The translations under genes were made by a program, and so were the position numbers. Shown piece after piece: positions 21,536-31,811 of a DNA stretch of 64,000 bases. The stretch comes from a virus: the IMG/VR virus record IMGVR_UViG_3300006141_000001. The stretch is one strand, 5' to 3'. Under the pieces are notes generated by a model, which searched no databases, was not told the DNA's origin, and saw only the letters and a list, made by a program, of their open reading frames with translations. Position 1 is the first letter of the stretch; the number at the start of each line of letters is the position of its first letter.

Positions 21536-21844
21536 TCACTCTAATCTCACATAATTAAATCCTGTACAATCGTCCTGTTCTCCATTCCTAGCATCTTCAT
21601 ACGGATCATACCAGCCTGTAATCAGTGTATAATTTCCAAACTCTCTAAAAATATCATTCAGAAATTCATACACCATATTCATTTCAGCTTCTGAAGGACA
21701 AAGAATTTCTTCACCGTTTGTCCAAAAGCCAGGATCATCGCTTGTATCAAAACTTCTCGGTTGCGTTGGAAGCATATTGATGATTCCATTCCATAAGTTT
21801 GTGATTTTCTTCTGATTTTCTTCAATAATATTTTCTTTACTCAT
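21536..21844 (-). CDS. Hypothetical phage protein
   Basis: 102-aa ORF with RBS. Confidence 0.55.
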   Translation of the reverse strand: MSKENIIEENQKKITNLWNGIINMLPTQPRSFDTSDDPGFWTNGEEILCPSEAEMNMVYEFLNDIFREFGNYTLITGWYDPYEDARNGEQDDCTGFNYVRLE

Positions 21845-21858
21845 ATTCCTTTCGCTCC

Positions 21859-22044
21859 TTATCTATCTAAACAAACTTTTACACGTTTTTCACAACAAAT
21901 CCAATTATTAACAATTTCTTTTTCAATTTCTTCTGGTATATCCCATTTATCATTACATTGACACACTGTAGTCTTTCTATCCTTTTCTGTTATCCAGATT
22001 TTAAAACATCCATCAATATGTTTCATCAATTCTTCTACTGTCAT
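21859..22044 (-). CDS. Hypothetical phage protein
   Basis: GGAGG RBS. Confidence 0.5.
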   Translation of the reverse strand: MTVEELMKHIDGCFKIWITEKDRKTTVCQCNDKWDIPEEIEKEIVNNWICCEKRVKVCLDR

Positions 22045-22085
22045 AGATTTCCCTCCAATCCATAAATTGAAATGAAATACAAGTT

Positions 22086-22448
22086 TTAAGGTATCTTTCC
22101 TTCTGCAAATTCTTCATAATGTACAACGATGTAATAATAAACAATATCATTAAAAAATTGCTTTGCACCTTCTCCAAGAAATTCCATAGTAGGAATTACA
22201 TAATCCCTATCCCACATTCTATAAAACAGATCTCCTAATTCTTCTCTGTATTTATACAAAAGTCCTTCATAATCAATATCTGTACGGCTAATATCATCTT
22301 CCAAAATTTCCTCTGCCATTTCCAAAATATAGTCCCTTCGTTCCTCATGGTCTTCCGTTTCTACTTCTATTGGAATATTATTATAGATACAAGATGCAAA
22401 ATTCTTTAATGTGGTATCATTTTCAATCATTTTTGTCCCATAAGGCAT
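22086..22448 (-). CDS. Hypothetical acidic protein (5' end possibly disrupted)
   Basis: 120-aa ORF with no clear RBS. Confidence 0.45.
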   Translation of the reverse strand: MPYGTKMIENDTTLKNFASCIYNNIPIEVETEDHEERRDYILEMAEEILEDDISRTDIDYEGLLYKYREELGDLFYRMWDRDYVIPTMEFLGEGAKQFFNDIVYYYIVVHYEEFAEGKIP

Positions 22449-22717
22449 ATCTTGAAATTCCGATTCAATTGCCCACTAATAATATATTAGTTTAGTTTTT
22501 CTGTTTCAATAAAATTATCATCTTACAAATTCATATCTTTTTGGAATTGTTTCATATCTAGGTTTTAAATTCTTTTTCATTTAACATACCTGCTTTCATT
22601 TTTTAAAAAACACTTCTGTCTTACTCACGATCCAGATTTCCTTTCATTCAACACAACCTTAAAAGCATCTTTTATCGCATACTCATGGCTCATTTAATCT
22701 TCATAAGATTTTCTTCC

Positions 22718-23308
22718 TTAAATGTTTATAATATACGCTTTATCTTGCAACTGCTCTTTTGGTTCCACCATTAGGCAATTGATTTCCTTGACAATACGTG
22801 TAAAATCACCAATTGTCGTATTCTCGTCATGTGGGGACAATATGACCTCATGGATCGAACTGGGTAACATAACCCATTTGCAAATCCCCGTTCTCTTTTT
22901 TAAAATATTCATTGTTTCCTCATTTAATATAGCAGACGCACCACGAAGTTTTTCTTTATTTGTTAAGACAAAAGAAAAAGTATCAAAGCCTCTTCCTGGT
23001 ATAGGAAGCATTTCTTCTAATCTTAATATCACTGTTTCTTTCTTTAGGTTCTCATATGCATACTTCCATAAATCATCTTCATTCATATCAATATATTTTA
23101 AGCACGACATCGGCAATTCCATAATACATCTTGTCCTATCTTCCAATAACAGAAAGATATATAGATAACATTCCATTCCATCCAGTTTACAATTTTTCTT
23201 TAAAATATTTCTTTTAGTTGTTTTTTGCAATCCAATATGTATATTTTCTTTTAGGAATGCAGTATCCTTAAAAAAATCTTTTAAATCTCTTGTGTTATAT
23301 TCCTTCAC
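22718..23308 (-). CDS. DUF5688-like protein
   Basis: VLTNKEKLRGASAIL...LPSSIHEVIL...VKEIN. Confidence 0.7.
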   Translation of the reverse strand: MKEYNTRDLKDFFKDTAFLKENIHIGLQKTTKRNILKKNCKLDGMECYLYIFLLLEDRTRCIMELPMSCLKYIDMNEDDLWKYAYENLKKETVILRLEEMLPIPGRGFDTFSFVLTNKEKLRGASAILNEETMNILKKRTGICKWVMLPSSIHEVILSPHDENTTIGDFTRIVKEINCLMVEPKEQLQDKAYIINI

Positions 23309-23410
23309 AATATGTCCTCCTTTTATTTATTCGCCTACTTATGTTATACGATTTTTTCCACAAAACAGCAGGTATGGCATTTAATCCACACCTGCTTTAT
23401 TTCTGATACA

Positions 23411-24496
23411 CTATTCACTTTCAAGCATTTCTTTTACTGATTTTTTGAATATCCTTCTAAGCCTTACATTGTTTGTCAACAGTTCTTTCCTAGATGGTTC
23501 AACATCTGTATTATACCTATTCTTAAACCTTGTCGCATTTATGTTCCATTTTATCTTGTAAACATCTGTCATATATTTATAGACCTTTCTATATGTTTCA
23601 TTTCCATTGCTGCTAGTATCATTATATTTATTTGCTAACGGCCTTATTATTTCATCTATATCATTTCTTTCCTCTCCTGTAGAATTTGCCATACAACTTA
23701 AATCCTTCAATACAGACTCAAATATTGACCTATAGGTTTCTTTCTCATATATCAAATCAATAGTTGCTAGTTTTCTACACTTGTATTTTTCACGATATTC
23801 CTTTTCTTCTTGTTCCCACACTATCCCATAGTTTCTTCTCATATAACCATATAGATAGGAAAGCACATCCATCCTATCAGCAAAGCGACTATCCTGTTTT
23901 ATAATGTTTTCAATTTCTATATAAATCAGATGTTTCCAGGCCTTACATGGATCTACGGGTTTCAATTCTACTTCGGCAGATTTATCACAATGAAAATTTT
24001 CTAATTCTTCTAATGGGTTTCCCTCAAACTTATTCAGCATATAGTTTACAAATTTTCCAAAATCTAAGTATAATTTATCTATCTTTTGATTTAATTCTTC
24101 AAACTGTTCTTTATATGAATACTCCCTTTTCTCATTTTCACAACAATCAGCAAAAGCCAATGATACAGTATCTTTCAATCTCAATTGATAATTTAATAAT
24201 CTTTTATCTATTCCTGGATTATTTTTTATCGTCTTTGAAGTAGCAGGGACTTTTGCAAGCCATATTGGGACGAAATCTAATTTCATGAACAAAACTCCCA
24301 ATAGATAGTATTTGACCCCAGAAGATAATACTGGATCATTTTGAATTTTCTTCGTCTCATTCCTTGCCTGAATACTCGATAACCCAATATTGTCACAAAT
24401 GCATTTGATCTCAACCCAAATTGTCCCATCATCATCTTGAATCACACGTATTTTATCATCGTCAAATTCAATATCTTTTATAGTTAAATTATCCAT
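23411..24496 (-). CDS. Phage antirepressor-like protein (P22 AR N-terminal domain)
   Basis: IEFDDDKI...IWVEIKCICDNIGL...FVPIWLAK...LLNYQL. Confidence 0.7.
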   Translation of the reverse strand: MDNLTIKDIEFDDDKIRVIQDDDGTIWVEIKCICDNIGLSSIQARNETKKIQNDPVLSSGVKYYLLGVLFMKLDFVPIWLAKVPATSKTIKNNPGIDKRLLNYQLRLKDTVSLAFADCCENEKREYSYKEQFEELNQKIDKLYLDFGKFVNYMLNKFEGNPLEELENFHCDKSAEVELKPVDPCKAWKHLIYIEIENIIKQDSRFADRMDVLSYLYGYMRRNYGIVWEQEEKEYREKYKCRKLATIDLIYEKETYRSIFESVLKDLSCMANSTGEERNDIDEIIRPLANKYNDTSSNGNETYRKVYKYMTDVYKIKWNINATRFKNRYNTDVEPSRKELLTNNVRLRRIFKKSVKEMLESE

Positions 24497-24636
24497 GCCA
24501 ATTTCCTTTCTATCCCCTAATTTTTATCCTGTATATTTTATTATCGTCTTCTCTGTGTTTAATATTATCTTATTCTCTGTAATTATTACCACATTTTAGC
24601 GCTTTTTTGATAACACCTTCTAACTGACTATAAACA

Positions 24637-24867
24637 TCATTCTTCTATTTCAAATTCACTCATTTCTATGAAAGCATCAGGAGAAATAGTAAATACCCGG
24701 CGCAAATAATCATTTCCACCGTCAACAGAACAACGGCCACATTTGCAACTCACATAATTGTGGGTACGTCTTGAAACAATAACATCACCACAATAATTGC
24801 ATTTTATTGAATTTTTCTTTATTCTTTCCATGATACGCCACTCCCATCTACATTTAATAATACGCAA
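24637..24867 (-). CDS. Small zinc-binding phage protein
   Basis: IKCNYCGDVIVS...CKCGRCSVDGG. Confidence 0.7.
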   Translation of the reverse strand: MRIIKCRWEWRIMERIKKNSIKCNYCGDVIVSRRTHNYVSCKCGRCSVDGGNDYLRRVFTISPDAFIEMSEFEIEE

Positions 24868-24892
24868 TTTTATGTATGTTTCTCATTTCTTT

Positions 24893-25222
24893 CTATTCAA
24901 AATTTTCTAACGTACAACCATTGCCTTTCATTTCCCTTGGAATAATTTCTTCTGGATAAACACTTGCAATAGACCCATCTTCAAATTTAATATTCCACAT
25001 AGGAAGTGAAGATAAATCACTATTTTCATTTGTACACCTTCCTACAACTTCAAAACTTTCCCCTTCCTTATCCTTATGGTCTCCAAAAGGACTCCAGAAT
25101 TTCTTTGAAAACCCTTCGTTCTCATAGCATGAAAAACAATCATTTACAAATTGCTTTTCTCTTTCTTCTGTCATATTCTCTCTATCTTCTGGGTATTTTA
25201 CTCTCATATCTTCCCACATCAT
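24893..25222 (-). CDS. Hypothetical phage protein
   Basis: GGAGGT RBS. Confidence 0.6.
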   Translation of the reverse strand: MMWEDMRVKYPEDRENMTEEREKQFVNDCFSCYENEGFSKKFWSPFGDHKDKEGESFEVVGRCTNENSDLSSLPMWNIKFEDGSIASVYPEEIIPREMKGNGCTLENFE

Positions 25223-25235
25223 AATTATACCTCCG

Positions 25236-25918
25236 TTATTTTGCTGATGTTTCTATACTTCTTGACATAGCTACATTTTTCCCAACCTTCACTCCTTCTG
25301 ATTTTGCTAAATCCCCTCTATTGTTCACCTTCACTTTAAAACTGGCATTAAACCTATGAAATTTTGATGTTCTGTCTTTATATTTTTTTCTACTTCTTCT
25401 GGGATTACTACCATAAGTGCTGTACATTGTTTCTCTAACACTTCTTTTATGCCTAAAAGAAAACCATTTAAAAAAGCATTTTTTATACCTCTCCCATCAA
25501 AGCACCTACCATGGTTTATATATTCTTGTCTCTGCTTTTGGTAATACTTTACAGATTCTCTATTCCCAACCCTAAAAAGCATATCAAAACTCATTGCTGC
25601 TATTTTTGCATCCTTTTCATACCCATAAAATACAATACAGCTTTTCCCAATACAAAAATACTTGCATCTAAAATTTTTAGCTACTATTCCAGATAGCGTA
25701 TATTTCCACTTATTCCCTGTTCCTACATCAATTTTTTCTTCCACGATATCTTCAACATTTTCAATTTCATCAATCTCTGCCATAGTTATACGATATTTTA
25801 CCATTAATTCTTGTGCTTTAAGGGCAGCACTTTCTGCTTCCTCTATAGATGGGTTATTTTTTGATAATGCCAATACTTTCTTAATTTTTCTATTATTTTT
25901 TCGCTCGAATCATTTTTC
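25236..25918 (-). pseudogene. DUF2786 domain protein, frameshifted
   Basis: KIKKVLALS...EEAESAALKAQELMVKY; frame breaks at A runs at both ends. Confidence 0.65.
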
Positions 25919-25934
25919 ATAATATTTCTCCTTT

Positions 25935-26165
25935 TTATCCTCTAATCATTTCAAAATCATCCATTTCTTTCTGTGTTAATTCTCTATCATAATATATTTC
26001 TGCCCATACTTTATACCCATTCACTTCTTCCCTGGTATCATAATTGATAAAATCCATCATGCCCTTTTCCGGATGTGTTCCAATAGATACTGGGCGCATA
26101 GTGGAATAGTATTTGCTCCAATGATATTTCTGTGCTGATTGTCTAATATAATCATTAGTACTCAT
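25935..26165 (-). CDS. Small protein resembling DarA C-terminal-like domain
   Basis: YYSTMRPVSIGTHP...YYDRELTQKEMDDFEM pattern, recalled from polyvalent-protein domains. Confidence 0.5.
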   Translation of the reverse strand: MSTNDYIRQSAQKYHWSKYYSTMRPVSIGTHPEKGMMDFINYDTREEVNGYKVWAEIYYDRELTQKEMDDFEMIRG

Positions 26166-26274
26166 AAATTTTCCTTTCTAATTCAATTCTACATATTTAT
26201 TCCAATTCCATAAATACAAAACATCGTGTATAATCTACACGATGCTTTGTTTCTACCATATATTAATAATCCTA

Positions 26275-26511
26275 TTAAACCTTTATCCCATAACCTTTTA
26301 TTTCATCAATCCTACAAGACACTTCTTCCTTTGTCCGTTTCCATTCTTCTTTTCTCATACAAGATTCAACAGTAGGAACATGTGCGATTCTTTGAGTTCC
26401 CTTGCCACTTAATTTCATAGACCACAACGCACTTGCTATATCCATCATGTTTCCATAACCTATGCTTTCTCCAACTTCTTTCACAGCTATAATTTCTTGT
26501 TGCCTCAGCAT
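26275..26511 (-). CDS. Hypothetical phage protein
   Basis: GGAGG RBS. Confidence 0.55.
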   Translation of the reverse strand: MLRQQEIIAVKEVGESIGYGNMMDIASALWSMKLSGKGTQRIAHVPTVESCMRKEEWKRTKEEVSCRIDEIKGYGIKV

Positions 26512-26664
26512 AACTACTCCTCCATTTTATATCAAAAAACTACAAACACTTTTCTCTTTCAGGCATCCAATTTGGATACATCCACAATATATAGTATAGT
26601 TATTTTTTTACCACAATATATTGTATTTTTCTACCAATGAAAGGGCAATTTCATTATTAAATTA

Positions 26665-27378
26665 TCATTCTTTTACTTCAATAACTTCCCCATTAACCAT
26701 TGTATACCATGTATCAGGTTTGATTTTATCTCCATCAACTCGAACCATTTTTGCACCTTTTAAATTCCATTCACTTTGTTTCCAATAATGATTTTCATTT
26801 CCTTCCCAATCCGCCAACACAAGGAATGAATCTAAAACACCTTTCACTTTCCCATGGTATCCCCACGCAACTGCAATAGAACAAGGATCTTTTGCCTCAG
26901 ACGATCCCTTATATCCTATAGCACTTGAAGCCCCATAATCGCCTGTAGCACTTGAAGCCCCCCAATTTCCTGTAGCACTTGAAGCCCCCCAATTTCCTGT
27001 AGCACTTGAAGCCCCATAATTTCCTGTAGCACTTGAAGCCCCATAATCGCTATTTGAATCGCTTTCTGGATACACCCTTTCTTTTGTGTATTCAATAGCT
27101 GCCTTTACTAATCCTACAATAGAAAGTCTTGCCCCAATCTTGATTTTACTTGACGCAACTTTCGTATCATTATTATTTTTTGACACATCACCACTCTGTT
27201 CTACCTCGTGATATACAGAATTACTTGGAATATAATACCTAAAGCAATCCAATGGGTACTCACAGGCGTGAAATCCTGTTTCACAAACAATCGCTCTATC
27301 TTCTTCGTACTCTTTCCCTTCTTTATACTGAAGTCCTCTGCATGTCATATCTTTTTTAAACCCTTTAAATGCTTTCAT
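26665..27378 (-). CDS. Phage protein with GASSATG nonapeptide repeats (DUF7666-like)
   Basis: KAFKGF..DMTCRG.QY...GFHACEYPLDCF; repeat block; VDGDKIKPDTWY. Confidence 0.75.
   Translation of the reverse strand: MKAFKGFKKDMTCRGLQYKEGKEYEEDRAIVCETGFHACEYPLDCFRYYIPSNSVYHEVEQSGDVSKNNNDTKVASSKIKIGARLSIVGLVKAAIEYTKERVYPESDSNSDYGASSATGNYGASSATGNWGASSATGNWGASSATGDYGASSAIGYKGSSEAKDPCSIAVAWGYHGKVKGVLDSFLVLADWEGNENHYWKQSEWNLKGAKMVRVDGDKIKPDTWYTMVNGEVIEVKE
26915..27049. repeat. Five in-frame 27-bp tandem repeats
   Basis: cctgtagcacttgaagcccc(c/a)... units encoding xYGASSATG/xWGASSATG. Confidence 0.9.
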
Positions 27379-27735
27379 CTTTTATCCTCCATATTTTTCT
27401 AAAAATTTTTATTTTTGAAGCAACAAATACTTAAAAACATCTTCCTCATTTTTTCTAACTCATTCTCTGGTATAGTTCCTATGTTTTCAAATTCCTTTAA
27501 CTGTTTAAGTAATACCCTTAACTCTTCATCCATTTTATTATTAAACAAATTTTTTATTTAATCATATATCCTTTCTTAATTATATCTTAGCCAAAAAAAT
27601 CCATTATTTTCTCGAATATCCAGATTGAAACTTTTATAAAGCACAATAATAGTAAAGCAAGGCCAAACGGAAGCAATCCTCCAATAAAAAATTTTATAAC
27701 CTCAAAATATACACCAAACATATTATTCCTTTTCT

Positions 27736-28023
27736 TCATAATGTTAATAAACACATGACCTCTCTAATCATTCCCTTTATTGTCCTTCTATTCTTTCTTC
27801 TTTCATATTCAATTTTCTTCATTCGTTGCCTTTTCATCTTATCCAGGAAAGCAAGTGACTCATGTACTACCATGTATTCTTGTTTCATTTCAAGGTTAAG
27901 TGAATCTACAGATGTCCTGATTTTCCTGTCGATAATCTGCGTTCCATCATTTTGTTCAATTATTTTGAAATCAAAACATACTGGTTCCGAATTGCTGACT
28001 CCGCTATAAATAATATCTATCAT
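27736..28023 (-). CDS. Hypothetical phage protein
   Basis: GGGAGG RBS. Confidence 0.55.
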   Translation of the reverse strand: MIDIIYSGVSNSEPVCFDFKIIEQNDGTQIIDRKIRTSVDSLNLEMKQEYMVVHESLAFLDKMKRQRMKKIEYERRKNRRTIKGMIREVMCLLTL

Positions 28024-28040
28024 TTATTTATACCTCCCTC

Positions 28041-28400
28041 CTATAATCCCATTAAATCTTCCGCAACACTTATATTAAAGGTTTCTTCAAACCAGTGCCA
28101 AATGTCCTCTCGATGCGTCCCTGCCGAAAAACCGTTCCACTCAATTTCAATTTCTTCTGTGTCTGGATTTATTGGGGTATTTCCAAATTCTTCCCATAAC
28201 TTTCTTATGTACGTTTCTTTCCAAAAACTCAAAACTTTCCCATAACCCCTACCTTTAATAACTGCTATATCGTCAGAGCCAAGAACATAACCACAATTTT
28301 CACAATATGTTTGAATTGTCGTATATTCTGCTTCTTCAAATTCCTGATCGTTTTCTATCTGATCTAATTTATTTTTTTCTAAATATTTTCTAAGTGACAT
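28041..28400 (-). CDS. Hypothetical phage protein
   Basis: LWEEFGN...GTHREDIWHWFEE. Confidence 0.6.
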   Translation of the reverse strand: MSLRKYLEKNKLDQIENDQEFEEAEYTTIQTYCENCGYVLGSDDIAVIKGRGYGKVLSFWKETYIRKLWEEFGNTPINPDTEEIEIEWNGFSAGTHREDIWHWFEETFNISVAEDLMGL

Positions 28401-28434
28401 AATACTTCCCTCCGTTCCTGATCAAATTGTGTTT

Positions 28435-28698
28435 TTATTGTTTTACATACTGATATATTTCTTCCAATTTTCCAAGTGCATTATCAATTCTTTGTTTGGT
28501 TGAATCATATATTCTTACAAATTCATCAAGATTAATTTCTTCTAGGCACTCAATAAAGGCGTGATATTTTCCAATTCCATGTTCAATGTTTAAATATTCA
28601 GTAATTTTCCTTGTTCCATTTACCTTTTGCAAAGTATCAATACTTGAATCAATGTCAAACACAAGCTTTAAAATATGGTCTATTAAAAATTTTTCCAT
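28435..28698 (-). CDS. Hypothetical phage protein
   Basis: Bounded by two junction motifs. Confidence 0.55.
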   Translation of the reverse strand: MEKFLIDHILKLVFDIDSSIDTLQKVNGTRKITEYLNIEHGIGKYHAFIECLEEINLDEFVRIYDSTKQRIDNALGKLEEIYQYVKQ

Positions 28699-28733
28699 GT
28701 GTTATTCCTCACTTTCCAATTAAAATCATTATT

Positions 28734-29027
28734 TCATTCCATAACTTTCAATGCATCGTCAAGAGTTTCATACTGATTTTTTACATTGGCATTTTCATTG
28801 AATCCGTTTAACACATGCAAGAAAGCCCTCTCAGCGTTTATATATCTTCTGCCTATTGTTTCATTAGAATTACATTTCTTTCCATTAATAGAAAAACTAA
28901 AAGGACTATAAATAAGTTCCTCTTTTCTAAGAACTAATTCCCAGTCTTTATACTTAAAGATAACAACTTGTCCTTCTTCCCAGGTTTTACAATTTTTTAA
29001 AACTTCAATAATAAAAGCCTTATTCAT
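28734..29027 (-). CDS. Hypothetical phage protein
   Basis: GGAGG RBS. Confidence 0.55.
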   Translation of the reverse strand: MNKAFIIEVLKNCKTWEEGQVVIFKYKDWELVLRKEELIYSPFSFSINGKKCNSNETIGRRYINAERAFLHVLNGFNENANVKNQYETLDDALKVME

Positions 29028-29030
29028 AAC

Positions 29031-29225
29031 TTAATCCTCCATATACTCTGTAATTTTCCTTGCAAGGTTCCAACTCGCTTTTGCTCTGTCCGATAAACTA
29101 TCAAGAATAACTCCTCCCTCATTTGGAATACTTTTAAGTATTTGTGATAACTTGTCTCCATAACTCATACAAGCAGCATAAAGCAACTGCAATTCTTCCT
29201 GAGTAAATTCCATTTTATTATTCAT
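29031..29225 (-). CDS. Hypothetical phage protein
   Basis: Tightly packed with neighbours. Confidence 0.5.
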   Translation of the reverse strand: MNNKMEFTQEELQLLYAACMSYGDKLSQILKSIPNEGGVILDSLSDRAKASWNLARKITEYMED

Positions 29226-29228
29226 AAT

Positions 29229-30098
29229 CTATTCCTCCATTCCAGCCATGCACATAGTAACTGCCAATAATCCTGCTTCTGTACTGCTATCTGATCCACT
29301 AATAATATTTTCTAAAGAGTTTATAAAAGAATCTCCTTCTCCATGTTCCATCTGTGGATTCCTTTTAACCATTTCAGGCATTAAAACCTCAATAATATCA
29401 TGCTCTCCCATTCCTTCAATACTTTTCGTATCTCCACGGTCAGCGGCTACTTTTTTCCCATACGCAATAGCATTTTGTCGTTCTAAAGCATTGAAATAAT
29501 TCTTATAACTTATATTTTTGTTATAATGATATTGAATGAAAAATTCTGTTCTTCCATGATTATGTCCTAATCCAAATGTAGTGATATTATACATTGGTTC
29601 ACCACAAGTTTCCCAAACTTTTCCGTCAAAGATAATATAATCTTCCGCTCTATCAAGAATAGCTTTCTGACACTCTACAATATTATTTTCCTTGACAATA
29701 GATTCTTCTGTAAACTCCTCTCCACCTTTCCAATATGGAGCATAGTCTTCTATTTGCTTTTTAATGTATTCTAATGGCTCAAAACACAAACTAATTGCGG
29801 AACCATGCGTAACTCTAACAGGCCTATACAATCTTTCGTTGTTTGTTCTGATCTCTTCAGCAAACATTTTAAATTCGCCATTTCCATTAAAATCATCATA
29901 AGACTTTGCATTTTCAAACACACTTTGATAATCATGAACAATAAAAGCAACCGGGAACTCTTTCTCGGTTACTTCTTTAATTTCTATATCAAAACTATTC
30001 TTTACATAACGTTCTCTTAATTTTCTGTGTCTCTTTGTAGGTAAATACTTTTCCATATTCCAAAATTCAATGTTAAATAACATAATTAATTCCTCCAT
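29229..30098 (-). CDS. Hypothetical phage protein
   Basis: 289-aa ORF; likely start at 30083. Confidence 0.65.
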   Translation of the reverse strand: MEELIMLFNIEFWNMEKYLPTKRHRKLRERYVKNSFDIEIKEVTEKEFPVAFIVHDYQSVFENAKSYDDFNGNGEFKMFAEEIRTNNERLYRPVRVTHGSAISLCFEPLEYIKKQIEDYAPYWKGGEEFTEESIVKENNIVECQKAILDRAEDYIIFDGKVWETCGEPMYNITTFGLGHNHGRTEFFIQYHYNKNISYKNYFNALERQNAIAYGKKVAADRGDTKSIEGMGEHDIIEVLMPEMVKRNPQMEHGEGDSFINSLENIISGSDSSTEAGLLAVTMCMAGMEE

Positions 30099-30260
30099 TC
30101 TATATACATAAAACCATTTTAACTACTACTATATATTTCTTCATCTACTTTTTTTCAACCGGGAAGTATAGACCAATTCTTTCCGCTTCATATCAGCGTT
30201 AAGAGAAAACAAGCGATACCGTTTGACCGATACCGCCCGTGTGTATGTACGAAGACCTGT

Positions 30261-31064
30261 TTAATTTTCCGTGTATTCCCAACTCTGAATCCATTTCTTA
30301 GCTGTATCATCTGCCATATACAAAGGGTTTAAATCTTTATATGAACCACATTCAAACGCTTTACAAAAATCCTGCCACAGATTCTTAAAATAGATTCTGG
30401 AATACTCTTTATACTCTGGACTATGTGCGCCACCTAAAAGATGGTTGATTCTATCTTTAGTAGCTTTATATAGTTTCTGTTGCTGTCTTGTGGATAATGT
30501 CATATTGTCCATGACAGAATCAAGTTTTTCCATCTGCTCACACATCATATTTTCCATGTTATTAATCTGAATCTGCATACCTTCTATTCTGCCCTCTAAG
30601 CCCATTCTTGCATTAAATGTAGACTTCTGTTCCTCTGAATCATAAAATGCCTTGTGAAGAACGTCAGCGGCTTCTAACTGGTATGTAAGTAACTTCTGTA
30701 CTGCTTCTGAATTCTTCTTTTGCATTGATGGCGTAAGGTTAATTTGTGCCAGCCACAAAGGAACAAATTTTTCCGCAAGAATAACTATATTGCGTTTTAC
30801 TTCTCTATTCCCTTCTTTTTGAACCGTGTCAAATTTAACCCAGTTCCCTTTAAAAAGAATAGAAGATTCAATTTTCTTGACTTCTGCTTGTGCCTGTGCA
30901 TCTGTTAGCCCAATATCACGGCAAGCCTTTCTTACACCTAACCAAACTTTTCCATCTTCTGTTTTAATTCCAAGTAAGGAACCATCAGAAAAAGGAATTT
31001 CTTTGATTTCTGTTTTCATGGTTCTATCAATCCTTTCTTTTTTTGAACCGTTGCAAGTTTGCAA
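30261..31064 (-). CDS. Phage antirepressor (P22 AR N-terminal plus ORF6C-like C-terminal)
   Basis: EIPFSDGSL...VRKACRDIGL...VPLWLAQI...YQLE; C-terminal FECGSYKDL; likely start at 31019. Confidence 0.75.
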   Translation of the reverse strand: MQTCNGSKKERIDRTMKTEIKEIPFSDGSLLGIKTEDGKVWLGVRKACRDIGLTDAQAQAEVKKIESSILFKGNWVKFDTVQKEGNREVKRNIVILAEKFVPLWLAQINLTPSMQKKNSEAVQKLLTYQLEAADVLHKAFYDSEEQKSTFNARMGLEGRIEGMQIQINNMENMMCEQMEKLDSVMDNMTLSTRQQQKLYKATKDRINHLLGGAHSPEYKEYSRIYFKNLWQDFCKAFECGSYKDLNPLYMADDTAKKWIQSWEYTEN

Positions 31065-31229
31065 TACCTCAATTTCTATTTGATAGCGTTTTTATGTGGG
31101 TTTTATCGCCACATCTGCCGACACACTATCAAGAGTATTCCAACTCTATCACCGCAACTATTCGAGGTAGTCAACCCTCTATTTAATTTTCAAGGTGCGA
31201 TAGTTGGAATAGTGAACGATTGTTCTGAC

Positions 31230-31345
31230 TTGAAAGAATTAGAAATTACTGATATACTCTAACTTGCTAGGTTGAGTAGGAATTTTCTTTCAAGTTCCTA
31301 TTCCATTAAGGGCGGTTAGCGTGTCAGGCTTTCCGCTCTTTGTTA
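31230..31345 (+). ncRNA. Candidate two-hairpin small RNA locus upstream of the antirepressor
   Basis: Plus-strand TTGAAA-17-TATACT (31230-31258); hairpins gagtaggaa/ttcctattc and gggcgg/ccgctc followed by T-rich sequence. Confidence 0.45.
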
Positions 31346-31436
31346 TTCCGTTCAAAAGTATAACTTGCATCTTCACAAGTTGAATGAGTGCGAATAACTG
31401 AATATTCCACGGCTTGACCGTCACACCCTATATTAT

Positions 31437-31811
31437 TTATGCAGCTTCTAATCTGTTTCTAATCTCTTCCGCTTTTTCTTCTTCTCCGTTTGATTCGCAA
31501 ATATCGGCTAACTGTTCCCAGTCCTCTTCTTGAATGTTCCCGTTATCATAATCAATAAGCAGTTCATCAAGAAAGCCCTCATTGCCGTGATATGATAAGA
31601 AATACCAGCTTTCCAACTTGTCACCGTTCATCATTGCAACCTGATATTCTGAATTTGTAAGAAATACATTTCCGCTGATCTGGTTCATCATTGGATGCAC
31701 TTCATCGTTATAAAAATCTTCTGGCAGCCCCTGTTCTCTCATTGCTCTAAGTAATTCCTCAAGCATTTCTAATTCTCTGTATCCAAAATCTGATAAATTT
31801 GTTGTTGTCAT
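31437..31811 (-). CDS. Hypothetical acidic phage protein
   Basis: 124-aa ORF downstream of a consensus promoter. Confidence 0.65.
   Translation of the reverse strand: MTTTNLSDFGYRELEMLEELLRAMREQGLPEDFYNDEVHPMMNQISGNVFLTNSEYQVAMMNGDKLESWYFLSYHGNEGFLDELLIDYDNGNIQEEDWEQLADICESNGEEEKAEEIRNRLEAA

Noticed and set aside
26915-27049. 27-bp tandem repeats as a CRISPR array
   Set aside because: No unique spacers; the repeats are in frame and encode GASSATG units within a CDS; no cas genes
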